64,000 nt of DNA from Cyanophora paradoxa CCMP329. Lineage: Eukaryota; Plantae; Glaucophyta. The stretch is from the NCBI GenBank assembly GCA_004431415.1, contig QPMI01000064.1, positions 310,001 through 374,000 of the forward strand. The letters are read 5' to 3'. This document shows, in pieces, positions 45,194-56,972 of this stretch (position 1 is its first letter; the number at the start of each line of letters is the position of its first letter). The notes under the pieces are model-generated. The model was given only the letters and a program-made list of their open reading frames with translations. It was not told where the DNA came from and did no database searches. The position numbers were made by a program, and so were the translations under genes.

Positions 45194-48100
45194 TCAAGAG
45201 AGAATTAGATGCGAGAGCGTCACCTCGCGTTTATGCTCGCCACGACCCGAGTCGTCGTCCGGCGTCTCGTCGGGGCCGCGGGGGTCCCAGGCCGGCAGCT
45301 CTGCCCAGAGCCAGCGGCTCGGACGCGCCCCGGGCTGCTCCGGATCCGCACACGGCGAGGGCGGGGAAGCGGCGGGCACGTGTGCACGTGCGGGCGCCCC
45401 CGGGGCGGCCGCGCCACAGGAAGGCGGGGAAGCGGGGGGCACGCGTGCGGGCGCCCCCGGGGCGGCTCGGGGGCGGCGGCGCCGGCGGAGCTGGAGGGAG
45501 GAGAGGGCGGCCGCGGGCGCCGGCCGCAGGGGTCTCCTGAGAAGAATTCGAAGAGGGGGCCGGTTTATTCGGGCCCTTTTTCTTCTTCTTCTTCTTTTTG
45601 CCTTCACCTGCGGCCGCGGTCGCCGCGGCGGCCGCGGCCGTGCCCGTGCCCACGGGCGGCGCGGACGCCGGCGCCGGCGCCGGCGCCTGCCCCGCGGCGC
45701 GGAGGAGCTCGTCGGCGGCGGCGTGCACGCGCCGCAGCGCCGCGTCGACGTCCCGCGGCGCCCCCGCGACGAGGGCCGCCTCCATGTCGACCTCCGCCCG
45801 CTCCAGCTCCGCCCTCGCCCTGCCCGCCGCCTTGCTCTGCGCGTCCCGCCGCCCCGCCCCGCGTCGGCCGCGAGCGCGAGCGAATTGAAGGCGGAACTGG
45901 AGCTACCTGTAGCTGCAGCCCGTCAGCGACAGCCCGGGCGCCCGTCGCCGCCTCCCGCGCCTTCGACACGCGTTGGTCTGCCACAGGCGCCGGGGCGGCT
46001 TTCGCGGCCGCGGGCGACGCCGCTTGCGCCAAATTCGAATTCGAAGTCTGCTGCTCCCTCGAGAGGAGAATAGTTCCTCGCCGGATCACGTCCACCGCCA
46101 GGCTCGCCCCCTTCTCAAGCACGCCCCGCAGCGTCTGAAGCGCCGACTCCCGCTCATTCTGCGGTGACATCAGCGTGCGCGTGGCGCTGCCGTGCTGGCA
46201 GGGCGAGCGGTATGTGATCATGCTCATGAGCCGGCGCGCTGTCGATTCTGAAGCGCACCGGCTGGGCCAACCGCGCGACGAGAGACTGCACGTGCGCCAT
46301 CAACTTCTCGCCGAGCACGTAATCAATAGTCATCGCCAGCTCTTTTGGGTCCTGCGAGGCGTCGGTTCAGCACAAAGCGTGATCAATGGCATTTGTTGAA
46401 ATTAAAGTGCGCGGTGCCGTACCATCTCGCGGGCCGCGGCGAGGGTCTTCGGAAGCTGGCCGGCAGAAATCGCCCCCGCAAGGGCGAGGAACGCAGGGGG
46501 GAGCAGCGGAGGAGAGGGTCCCGGCCCGCCGGCGCCGGCACCGGCCCGGAGGGCCGCCTCGAAGCCTGCGAGGAAGGGCGGGGGCGGGGCCCGCTCCGCG
46601 GCCCACTGGCTCGCGAAGCGCTCGAACGCCGGATTCAGCTTGAGCCGCTTCGTCCTGAGTACCCACTGGCTCGCCTCCTTGATGGCCTGGACGTACTCGC
46701 TTCCGGCGGGGTCGGCCCCGCCGGCGTCCAGCGCCGCCAGCCGGGCGACCGCGCCGGCCGCGTCGCGGCGCAGCGACTCGCAGACCCTCTCCAAGCCGCG
46801 CTGCTTTTCCTCCCCGAGCTCCGCGAACGCGGCGGTGGCCTTGAAATCGGCCTGCGGCGAGTCGACGGGCAATTAGGTCAAATCAGAAGGGTCTGGCGGA
46901 AGCTTTAGGTTCGGCATGAAATTCGACGGGTTTGGCATTAACATTCAGTTCGATGGCCATCTATTAAGATAAATCCTATTGCATGCGCGCAATTGACCTG
47001 GCGATCGCGAGTCTTACGGCACTAAATTGACAGGCGCACCAGGCTGGAGAATCGCAGTTTAAGGGTGGCCACGTCAACAGACAAGGAATCTTTCAAGCGC
47101 TTATTGATGGTCGCAATCGTCTTTGCCTGACTCTGCGCGGCTTCGTCAGCATTATAAGCGGCAGGGCCTGTGAATCCGCGTTCCTGTGGGCGCACGGAAT
47201 CATTCGCGGCTGAAGATCCGAGTGCCATTCTTTGAAGCCCCGAGAAGCTGCGCGCGAGCTCCTCAGCGTCGTCGCCGGCCTTGCACTCAGCCGTCGCTCC
47301 GAAGCCATTCAGGGCCGCCCGCGCGGCCTCTACGGCCGCTGCGGCCTTCTCCGCGTCCCTCTTCTGCAGCGCCCGCTCCAGCTCCGCTTCAGCCGCGTCC
47401 TGCGCTCCGCCATGCATGATCAGCCGCGGGCACTGCGAATTTAATCTGCAACTGGAGAGTACTAGTGTCGCGCACAAGTCCAAAATTAAACTCACCAGCC
47501 GACGGTACGCATCCTTCAAACATTTGCCAGCCTTTTCGCCCAGTGCCGTGCCGAGGCTTGAAGCCATCACGATCTGACAGCTGTGTCAGTCGTGCACGTG
47601 GATAATCCTTTGCTGCAATTGCAATCGCAACAGCGGACGCGCCATTCCTTCCTGTGCGCTCTTGTAATTTCTTTCCTGGATCCTCCGCAAAACAGCAAGC
47701 GCCCGCTTGAGGGGCGGCGACCCGCTCGTGTCCTCCAGCACCTCCTCGAAGAGGTACCATTCGGCGAACGCTTGGAGCGGGACGACGAGAGTTTCGACGC
47801 CTACGTGAAGGAGCCTCATCTCCGACTCGCGGACCTCCTTCAATTGCAAGAGCCGGGCGGACGTGCCCGGCTTGGCCGCCCGCAGCCGCCGCCTCGCGTC
47901 GCGAATCTCGTCCTCTATGCTCGCCTGCAGGGCCGAGGCTGCACGCTCCAGTTCGCTCATCGCCGACAGCACGCTGCTGACGCCGGGGGCGAAGGGCGGC
48001 ATCTTGAGGGCCCCAGCCGGCGCTGGCGAGTCGCTGGGGCCGCCGTGGTCGCGGAATTGCGAGACGAACAGGACACTGGAAAAGGACCGGCGCACGCCCT

Positions 48101-48710
48101 GCTCCAGCGCGCGCTGCAGGCGAGTCACGTAAACAAAGCGAGTACTTGTATATGAACGGGCCCCCGCGCGCAGCGCTAGGGCGCACCAGCTTCTCAATAG
48201 CGTTCTTGCAATCGCCCACGACGCCGCTCGAGCTCGCCAGCCGCTCCCAGAACGCGACGCAGCCGTCGAGCGCGTCCGCTGCCGCGTGATGGGCCGAATG
48301 AATCTCTGGCGCCGTCGGGGACCGGGAGGAAAGCTTCTGGATTCCAGAAGCCTGGCATGGAGCGCGCGCGTTTGCGTATTCATGATCAGCCGGCGCCGCG
48401 CACGGATGACGCTGTACATGTACATGTGCGCGCGTCGGCGCGCGCGCGGCCGCGCACCACGCCCTTGTCCAGATCGGCGACGGCTCGCTTCGCTTGATCG
48501 CAAGAGCTTGCTGCATCTGCTGGCGCCTTGAACGTAGCCTGCGCATCGCGAATGAGCGACCGTCGGACGCGTACGACTATACGGCGCCGGCGCCAGGAGC
48601 AGAGCTTCGCGCACGATCTCGTCGCAGGCGGATCGCACGTCCTCCAAGTGTTTCAAGAGCTCCGACAAAGCCTGCTGCGCGTGGACGTGGCCCCCCATGG
48701 CCACGAACAC
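45194..48710 (-). CDS. Hypothetical helical/coiled-coil protein, multi-exon; may be continuous with the MYND gene
   Basis: Exon-like frames ELLKHLEDVRSACDEIVRE, MSELERAASALQASIEDEIRD, AFAELGEEKQRGLERVCESLRRD, and a poly-K tract. Confidence 0.45.
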
Positions 48711-49095
48711 GCCGCGCGCCCGCGCGCGCGCGCCGAGATCGGCCGGCGCCGCAGCCGATGCTCAAACGCTAGCTGCTGAGCTTATGATCTGCCTGCCGAT
48801 CCTCGATCGCGAGCGATCCTCTAAAGCTCCAGCAGTAGGTTCGGCGACCCTATAGCTCTTGCAATTGCAAGCCTAGCGCCTGTACCCCCGACCACGGGCC
48901 CGGCGCCGCGCCGCGCGCGGCTCGCGATCGCGGCGTGCTGCGGGCAAGCCTTGATCATGAAGGCTTGTCGCTGTCGTCAGTGTGCGTGAGCTCCAGCGCC
49001 CGGGCCGGCGGCGGCTTCAAAATTTCAAGAGATTCAGCATCTAAGCTATAATTATATAAGATCTACTCGCTAGCTATAGCTATGCTTGCTGTTTG

Positions 49096-51832
49096 TCACT
49101 CGCCGTCAGGCTCGGGGTCCTTGCGGGGCCACCCCCTCCTCCTGGCGCCCTTGAGGGGAAGCGGGGGCGTCTGCCGCGAAGCGGGGCGGGGCCGAGAGGG
49201 GTGCGGGGGTGACTCAGTGAGCGGGGACAAGGTGACTCAGTGGGGTGGCTCTAGATCTGGCCCGGCGCCAGCTCACCAGCATCAAGGGGGGTAGAGACTC
49301 GGGCTCGGAAGCCTCCCCACCCAGGCCCAGCTCCTCCAGGGGTACGGGCGGCTCCTCGCAGGGCTGCGGGGGTACGCGATGAGACTCTTAGGAGAAACCT
49401 GAGAAGGCAGGGGGGGGTACGGCACCCTGAGGAGGGAGCGGAAGTTGGAGTACTCGTCGACGGAGGTGCGGGCTACACGCTCGGCGAAGGCCGAATCGGA
49501 GGGGGAGAGGGCCGACGACAGGGAGACGCGGGGGGTACGGGGTTTCGAAGAATCCGGATCGGAAGGGGGGGAGGAGTCCGGGTGCTCAGGGGCCGGGCTC
49601 AAGTTCGGGTCCCGGCCGAGGGCCCTAAGGTACTCCAGGCGGGGGCGGATGCGGGAGGGGAGGGAGTACGCCAGCGTGGGGGGGAAGCGGACGATCTGGG
49701 GGTACGGGTTACCCAGGGTCGGAAGAAGGGACGAAGGGGGGGTACGGGGTGCGCGGACCTCCTGGGGCCCGTACCCGTGGGAGCGGAGGAGCCGAATCTT
49801 CGGCTCGAGGTTCGCGGCGGGATCCAGGACGAGGATCTGAGGGGAGGGGGAGGGGGGCGGTCGCCTAAGCGGGGATTGGGGGATGAAGGGGGGGGGGAAT
49901 AAGCAGGGGTAGAGTGACCTGCGGCGAGGCGCGGACGAGGGCGGAGAGGTCGGGCCCGAGGAAGCCACGCGATTTGAGGTACCGCAGGCTGGGGGTACGC
50001 GAGTGAGAAGCGGGAAGGAAAAAGGGGGGGTGGGGGTGAAGGGGGTACCTTCGTTCGAGGCCGACTCGGGAGCGGGCGAGAAGCGGGGGGAACTTGACAA
50101 TCACCTGAGGGGCGGGCCGTGCGATTAGGAAGAGAAGTGAAAATGACTCCGGGCGGATTCGAACCTGAGCAAGGTCGTGCCGGGAGAGGGCGGCGTGGTA
50201 CGCAAGAGCGGCGATGGAGGGCCGTACCCCCGTCTCGAGGGGGCGGAGGAACGCCATGGGGGCCCGGCTGAGAATCTGAAGAAAGCGGCGGGCAGGGGGT
50301 ACGGATTAAAAGGGCGGGGGCGGTGGGGCGGGGGGTACGCGGCGCGCCTTGGCGATCGCGGGGCCCTGGAGCCCCAGGCCCTCGAAGAACGTGACCTGGG
50401 GTACGCCGTTCAGCTTCTGGGGAGTTGGAGGGGGGGTACGCCTGAACCTTGAGGAGGAAGGTCCGCTCAAGGGAGCGGCAGAGCAGCTCGGGGTACCGCC
50501 TCACCACGCGGGCGGCCTCGGATCGGCTCAGCCCGAGGGCCTTCATGTACGTGATCTGGGGATGGCAAGGGCAGCAAGGGGGTACACGGTGTGATTATTC
50601 AGGAGGGGACGAACGGGAGGGGGGTACGACGCACCCGCTCGCTTAGCCCCTCGGTACGCATACCGAGTATAAGGGGCTGCCGCTGGATCATGCGGAGGAC
50701 GCAAGGGCTGAGGAAGGGCGATCAGGGGGTACGACGAAGAGGAAAGAAGGGGGTACGGCGCACGGGTCGAGGGAGAGCTCCGATTGGAGGAGGGATGACA
50801 GGGCCTGGAGGCGCCCGCTGGAGGCTAGGGAGAGCAGCTTCGGCTGCGAAAGAAGCGAGGGGCAATCAGCGAGGGGGAGGGAGGGGTGGCGCTGCAAGAA
50901 AGGAGGGGGGGGGAAGGAGGGGGGGGGGTGGAGGTTCGGCGCACGTGGCGGGCGATGAGGCGGCGCGCGGCGTCGGGGGCGAGGCCGGCGCGCTCGAGGG
51001 CGGCCGCCGACTCGGACATGGCGCCCTCGCTGAGGCCGACGGTGCGCGTGGAGAGCAGGAGCCGCGCGGGTTCGACTCCGAAGCGCTCCCGCGCGAAGCG
51101 GAGCCGGTCGTGGAGCGTCTCCTCGCGTACCCAGAGCACGTGCAGGTCGGCGCGGAGGAGGCCGGCGGTCTCGGGCCCCGTCAGCCCGGCGCCGCGCAGC
51201 AGCTCGATCTTGCGGCGGAGGCGGGCGGGCCCCATGGCGAGGACGCGCGGGGAGGCGGGGAGCGCCGCCGCCAGCTCGGGGGCGCTGAGACCGGCGGAGG
51301 CGAGGGCGTCGGCCGAGGGGCGGAGCTCGGCGTCGACGCTGAGGCGGGCGAGGCCAGGGAAGGCGGCGAGGCAGCGATCGACGTCCGCGCGGCTCATGCC
51401 GAGCTCCCGCGTGAGGAACAGCTCTGCCTCCGAGGCCGGGGCGCGCTTGCTCCGCGGCCTTCCGCGCTTCCGCGGCGCGGCGGGCTGCTCCGCGGGCACG
51501 GCCGAGGCGCCGCGCGGGCCCGCGTGCGGGGGCACGCGCAGCTGCAGTGCTCCGCCGACGAAGAAGCGGGGAGGCCGCTCGACCGGCGCCCGCACAGATC
51601 GCCCGTGGAGGAAGATTGGCGAGCGCAGCGGGGAGGCCAGCGACTCGGGGCGCAGCAGCGGGGAGCGGAGGGAGAAGGCTGCCGGCGAGGAAGGGGCCGG
51701 AGTGGCGCGCGGCGGGCCGGGTGCGCCTCCGATGAAGCCGGCCACCCGCGTTCGCGAGGGCGGGCCCAGCGCGCGCGCCGATGGCAAGGTGGCCGCCGGC
51801 GGCGGCGGTGGGAGCGCCGCTGCCGGGGACAT
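49096..51832 (-). CDS. mTERF family protein with organelle transit peptide
   Basis: mTERF repeats ELGMSRADVDRCLAAFPGLARLSV, ALGLSRSEAARVVRRYPELLCRSLE, NLEPKIRLLRSHG, IVRFPPTLAYSLPSRIRPRLEYL; Pro/Ala/Arg-rich N-terminus with FIGG, FLHG, FFVGG. Confidence 0.88.
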
Positions 51833-52162
51833 GCCCGCCGTATACTGCGCGTAACCGCGTTACGATCGCGCGACGCTGCAGCTGATCGCCGGGATGACTC
51901 GGATGATCCTCGTCGGGGTACAGGCGAAGTCTTGCTGGGTACCGGGCACGCAAGGAGAGGGTCTAGGAGCCACCTGCAAACGACCGCAGCGCATCAAGCC
52001 GCTGCTTCCAGCGGTCCGGCTGCGAACGGCTCCAGCCCGGGAACATCTTTGTTCGCAGCAGGGAGCAGTCGCTCGGCCTAGGAGCCGGTCTACGTTCGGG
52101 AAAAAAGACTGCCACGGCAAGCTAGTGCCTCGGGTGGCTTTGCCGGCAGTCGGTAATCGAAG

Positions 52163-55100
52163 ATGTCGGGCGAAACGGTGGTGATGGATCCCCAGGATCC
52201 GAAGACGATTGTCAGCCGCGATGTCACCGACGCGGACCTCGATGCGGTGCCCACCTACGCGACGTTCCACAGGAACCGCGCAGGTGAGGCTCTCAGGGGC
52301 CGCTCGGCACCATCGCCGGCCGCTCGCCGCCGGCTGCGGCCACTCGGAGCCCCGAAGGATCGCCGTGGCGGTGTCTGACAGAGAGGCGGCGCAGATGCGG
52401 AGGACGATGTGGAGGAGCCGGTTCCGGAGAACTGGCAGGAGCTTCCCGACGTGCGATTCCCGCGCCGCCTAGCGCCGAGTCACCGCGACTCGGCCTTCGG
52501 CCGCCGGCCCGCGAGCGCATCGCTGATCCCGCCCGTCCCGCGCAGCGCGAGATCGCTTGGACGAAGGAAGGGAACCTCGGTCTCAAGGGCGACAAGTGCG
52601 AGGACCCGGCCGGCGACCGCGGCACTCTCGTGAAGACCACGACCTACACCAAGGTCGCCGCCGCCGCCGCCGCAGCCTCCGCCGCGCCGTTCCTGGCTGG
52701 ACGACCTTCTGACGAAGTCCCCGGCAGCCCTTCACAATCCTCGGAGAGGTGCTGGAGGAGGGCGGCCAGACCCTCGAGGGCGATGCCGTTTACAGTGCGA
52801 CGGCGACGCGCACCATCGATCAAGAGTGCGTCACGCGCCGCGTTCTATGCCGCCCGCGTCTCTGATCGGACGGCAGCTACTACGAGAAGCGCGTGAAGAC
52901 GTTCCAGGAGGAGAAGGAGACGTTCTACGCGCAGCAGGGTGCGGCCGCGCCGCCGCCGTCGCCCCGCCTCCTCCTCCGCCACGCACGCCGCTCCGCGCCG
53001 CGCTGACCGCCGGCGCCGCCCGCGCGCAGGCAAGCTCATCACGCAGCAGCAGGTCATCGCGGACAAAATGTTCCTGGACGACCGGACGCTCATCAACGTC
53101 ACCGAGGCGACGGTCAAGCCGTCGGACATCAAGCCCGTGTTCCCCGAGGCGCCAGAAATCGAGCAGGACGACTGGGAGTTCTCGGGGCGGTCGAAGGCGC
53201 AGAGTGGGCCGACGGTGGAGGACCGCAGGACCGCGCCGCGGCAGACGAGCACGGGCGACGTCTGCGAGCGGACCAAAATCGAAGGCACCGACTTGGATTT
53301 CAGCGACGTCACGATCCACAAGCCCGCGGACAAGTGCGCGTGCCGCCCGCGGGTGACGCGCTCGCGCGCCGAGCCGAGCCGACCGCTCGCGCCCGCAGGA
53401 TCTCGCTCCACTACGACCACATGATCAACCCCCAAATCCTGACCATGGTGCGCGGCTCTGGTCAATCGCGCCCTGGGACGCGATCGCGTCGCGGGGGGCG
53501 CAAGCAAGGGGCGCGACGGCGCGACGGGGCGGGCGGGCGGGCCTGACGCGCGTTTGGGGCGGGGCGGGGGCAGTGCGAGGAGGAGCTGAGCAAGGACGAC
53601 GCGTTCGGGAAGGGCTTCATGGCGGCGATGGCGAAGCACAACATCGACATGGCGGAGCTGTTGGACCCGGACTGCGACTTCGACGAGCCGGCCAAGGTCG
53701 TCAACATCCACGACAACTGCGCCGTCAACCGTAAGCTATTTATTTACTTAGAAGGTTGCACTGCTGCTCCTCGATTTGATACTAATCAATTACGTGCTGC
53801 TGCGGTTGCAGTCGTCGCCGAGCAGGACTTCACCCTGAAGTGGACAGAGGTCGAGCACTCCGACTGGGAGGAGGAGGTCTACTACAAGGGCCTCAAGACC
53901 TACACCGAGACGGCCACGTACTCCAAGAACGACGAGTACACCAAGGCCGCCACCGCCACCCGCAAGGCCTACTTCTTCCAGAAGGGCCAGGAGACCGGCA
54001 AGATCCACAGTGCGTCGGCCCCTTCCCCCCCCTCCCCGCCCCGCCCCGTCGTCAGCGACGCCGACCCTTGACGCCGCGCCCTTCCGCAGCGTACATCAAG
54101 CAGACGGGCGAGGGCGCGAAGTCATGGGTCACAGACACGCGGAGGGTGAATGAGAAGGTCTCGGACGAGTCCGAGATCATCGACGGGAAGTGGCACGAGC
54201 CGAGCGCGTGGACGATGGACCGAGGCTCCTGGGACGTCGACGGCGACGGCAACGAGCGCAAGGTCGGCGAGTTCAAGCCCAAGACGATCCGCTACGTCGA
54301 GCAGTCCATCGTGGAGGGCGACGCGTGCTACAGGACGCAGTTCAACAAGTGCCCCATCTCCAAGATAGACATCGACGTCTCGTGCCCGGACAACGAGGAG
54401 GCGATGGCGGCCAAGGTCAGCCTCAAGGGCCACTGCGTGGACGAGTCGCCGGAGCTCTTCGACAACGAGCACCGCTGCGGGGAGGGTGCGACGACGGGCT
54501 TCGGGCTCGACAACTGCACGGAGGTCATCCGCACGGGCGAGGCGTTCGACGAGTCCTCGCTGGCGCCGTACAACCGGAGCTCGACCTCGACCTCGACGTC
54601 CACCTCGGGCACGACCAGCGGCGGCACGACGTCGTCGAGCAGCACCAGCGGCACGACGTCCTCTACCAGCGGCACGACTTCCTCGACCAGCGGCACGACC
54701 AGCTCTGGCACGACCAGCTCTGGCACGACGGGCACGGCCGCGGTCGACCCGAACGACGGCATCCCGCCCGAGGATCTGGACGAGTACACGCCGACCGCGT
54801 CGGAGAGGGCGAGCTGCATGAAGGTCGTCAACACGAGCGAGTACCAGTCGCTCGACAGCGCCGCGTGCGCTCCTCTCCCGTCGCCTCCGCTCCCATCTCC
54901 GTTGACGTTGGCGGCGCCGTCGCAGCGACAAGCTGGCGCTGACGCTGAAGAAGGCGTACGCGGACGACTACGACTACTCGGGCCAAGGGGCGGTCTGGGA
55001 CGAGCTCTTCCCCGGCAAGAAGTACGTCACGATGCCGGAGATCATCGAGGCCACGAAGGACTCGCAGTACCCCGTGCTGCAGCACATGGGCGGCCGCATC

Positions 55101-56385
55101 ACGGGCCTGTACGGCGGCACCTTCCCTCGCGGCGACGGCACGTTCGCCATCGGCGACGGCGACGGTGAGCGCGCGCGGGCGCACCTGTCCGCGCGACGCC
55201 GGCCACGGCCCCACGCTAACACACGCACGCGCGCGCGCGCAGCCAATCTTGACCGGTGGGAGTTCGTCGACTGCAGCACGAACAAGGACGAGGACGTCAC
55301 CACCTCGGAGCCGTCGACCAGCACCGCGCCAACGACAAACACGTCCGAGCCAACGAACAGCACCGAGCCGACAAGCACGACCGAGCCAACGAACAGCACC
55401 GAGCCGACAAACACGACCGAGCCAACGAACAGCACCGAGCCGACAAACACGACCGAGCCAACGAACAGCACCGAGCCAACGACAAACACGACCGAGCCAA
55501 CGAACAGCACCGAGCCGACAAACACGTCCGAGCCAACGAACAGCTCCGAGCCGACGACCAACACCGAGCCGGCGACCACCGAGCCGACGACCACCGAGCC
55601 GGCGACCACCGAGCCGACAACCACCGAGCCGGCGACCACCGAGCCGACAACCACCGAGCCGGCGACCACCGAGCCGACGACCACCGAGCCGACGACCACC
55701 GAGCCGACGACCACCGAGCCGACGACCACCGAGCCGGCGGGTCCGACGGCGGAGGAGCTGGCGGCGGCGGCGGCGGAGCTGGCCAAGGCGCGCACGTACC
55801 TGGACAATTCGACGTACAAGGCCCTCACGACCCCCGCGGACAAGCTCGCGTACATCCTCATGTACGCCTACCGCGAGCGGCACGACTACGTGGGCGAGGA
55901 GGACGTCTGGGACGCCCTCTTCCCGGGCAAAACCGAGGTGAGCGGCACCCCGCATCCGCTTTTGGCTCCGTTCCCGTTCCGCGGATCGTGCTGACGGGCG
56001 GGCGGCGCCCGACGAACAACAGGTCACGCTGGCGGAGGTCATTACCGCGCTCAGCTCGGCGGCGTACCCGATCGTGACGCGCATGGGCACGCGCCTGCCC
56101 GGCGTCTACGACGGCTCCGTGGCGCGCGCGGACGGCACCTTCGCCGTGGGAGACTCGGACGGGCTCCTCGACAAGGCGGAGTTCCTGAGCGTGGCGACCA
56201 AGGTTGCGGCGGCGCGCCTGGATGAGGAGGCGCAGACGGTGTCCGACTCGGCCCTCAACGTCGTCGCCGGCGACGCGTACGTCGACACGGCCGACGTCGT
56301 CGTTGACAGCGACGAGATCGACCTCGTCGAGGCCGCCGGCGGCGCGCCCGCCGACGGCGGTCCCGCCGCCGAGGCGTCCGCGTAG
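52163..56385 (+). CDS. Large acidic protein: beta-rich N-half, Ser/Thr and Thr-Glu-Pro repeats, two ~95-aa EF-hand-like modules
   Basis: Clear GT-AG exon chain with strong GC3 bias; duplicated module DKLA...DY.G...VWD.LFPGK..VT..E.I...YP....MG.R..G.Y.G...R.DGTFA.GD.D..LD..EF; TAG 56383-56385. Confidence 0.75.
55300..55735 (+). repeat. Coding minisatellite (TEPTNS/TEPTNT 18 bp; TEPTT/TEPAT 15 bp)
   Basis: Tandem ACCGAGCC(A/G)AC units, in frame. Confidence 0.9.
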
Positions 56386-56972
56386 ACGGCTCGACTCGCC
56401 CCCCTGAACCTTCTTCGCCGCGTTTCCTTCGCTTTTATTGGCCCTGCTTTGATCGTCTATCACGCTCAGCCGTTCTTTATTGGACCCTTGCGTATGCGGC
56501 TGTATTTGTCTAGGCACTCGTATCCCCGTAGGGTATTGCAGATCCGTATTATTCGGGTATGTAGGACGGGTACTCGCTCCCCTCGAGTCAGTTTTTTTTA
56601 CAGATTCGTACGATGCGACATGTAGGCTGATGTAGCCCGCGACTGATTTGGTCGTGACCCTTCAAGCTACATAGATCCTTTTTTAAATTCTCATTTGAAG
56701 AATTCTGGTCTAGATCTGTTTTGATTTGATCAGGATTCCGTGACCGTGAGCCGCTGAGGACACCCAGCCCCGAGCCCAACCTCGCGCTCGGAACGCACTG
56801 CAGTTGCAGCTGCGGCGAGACTTCAAGTGCCCCGGGCGTTGGCTTCACGGAGTCAATTAGCGTCGAAGACACTGAAATGCAATATAACATGATAGCGCTA
56901 TAGCTATAGCTGTACAAGAGCGCGGCGCAGGCCGCCCGGCCCCGGCAGCACAAGTATCTACCCGATCCGGGG

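Noticed and set aside
50591-52081. Long antisense ORFs here and at 44745-46073 and 54828-56090
   Set aside because: Shadows of GC-rich genes on the opposite strand.
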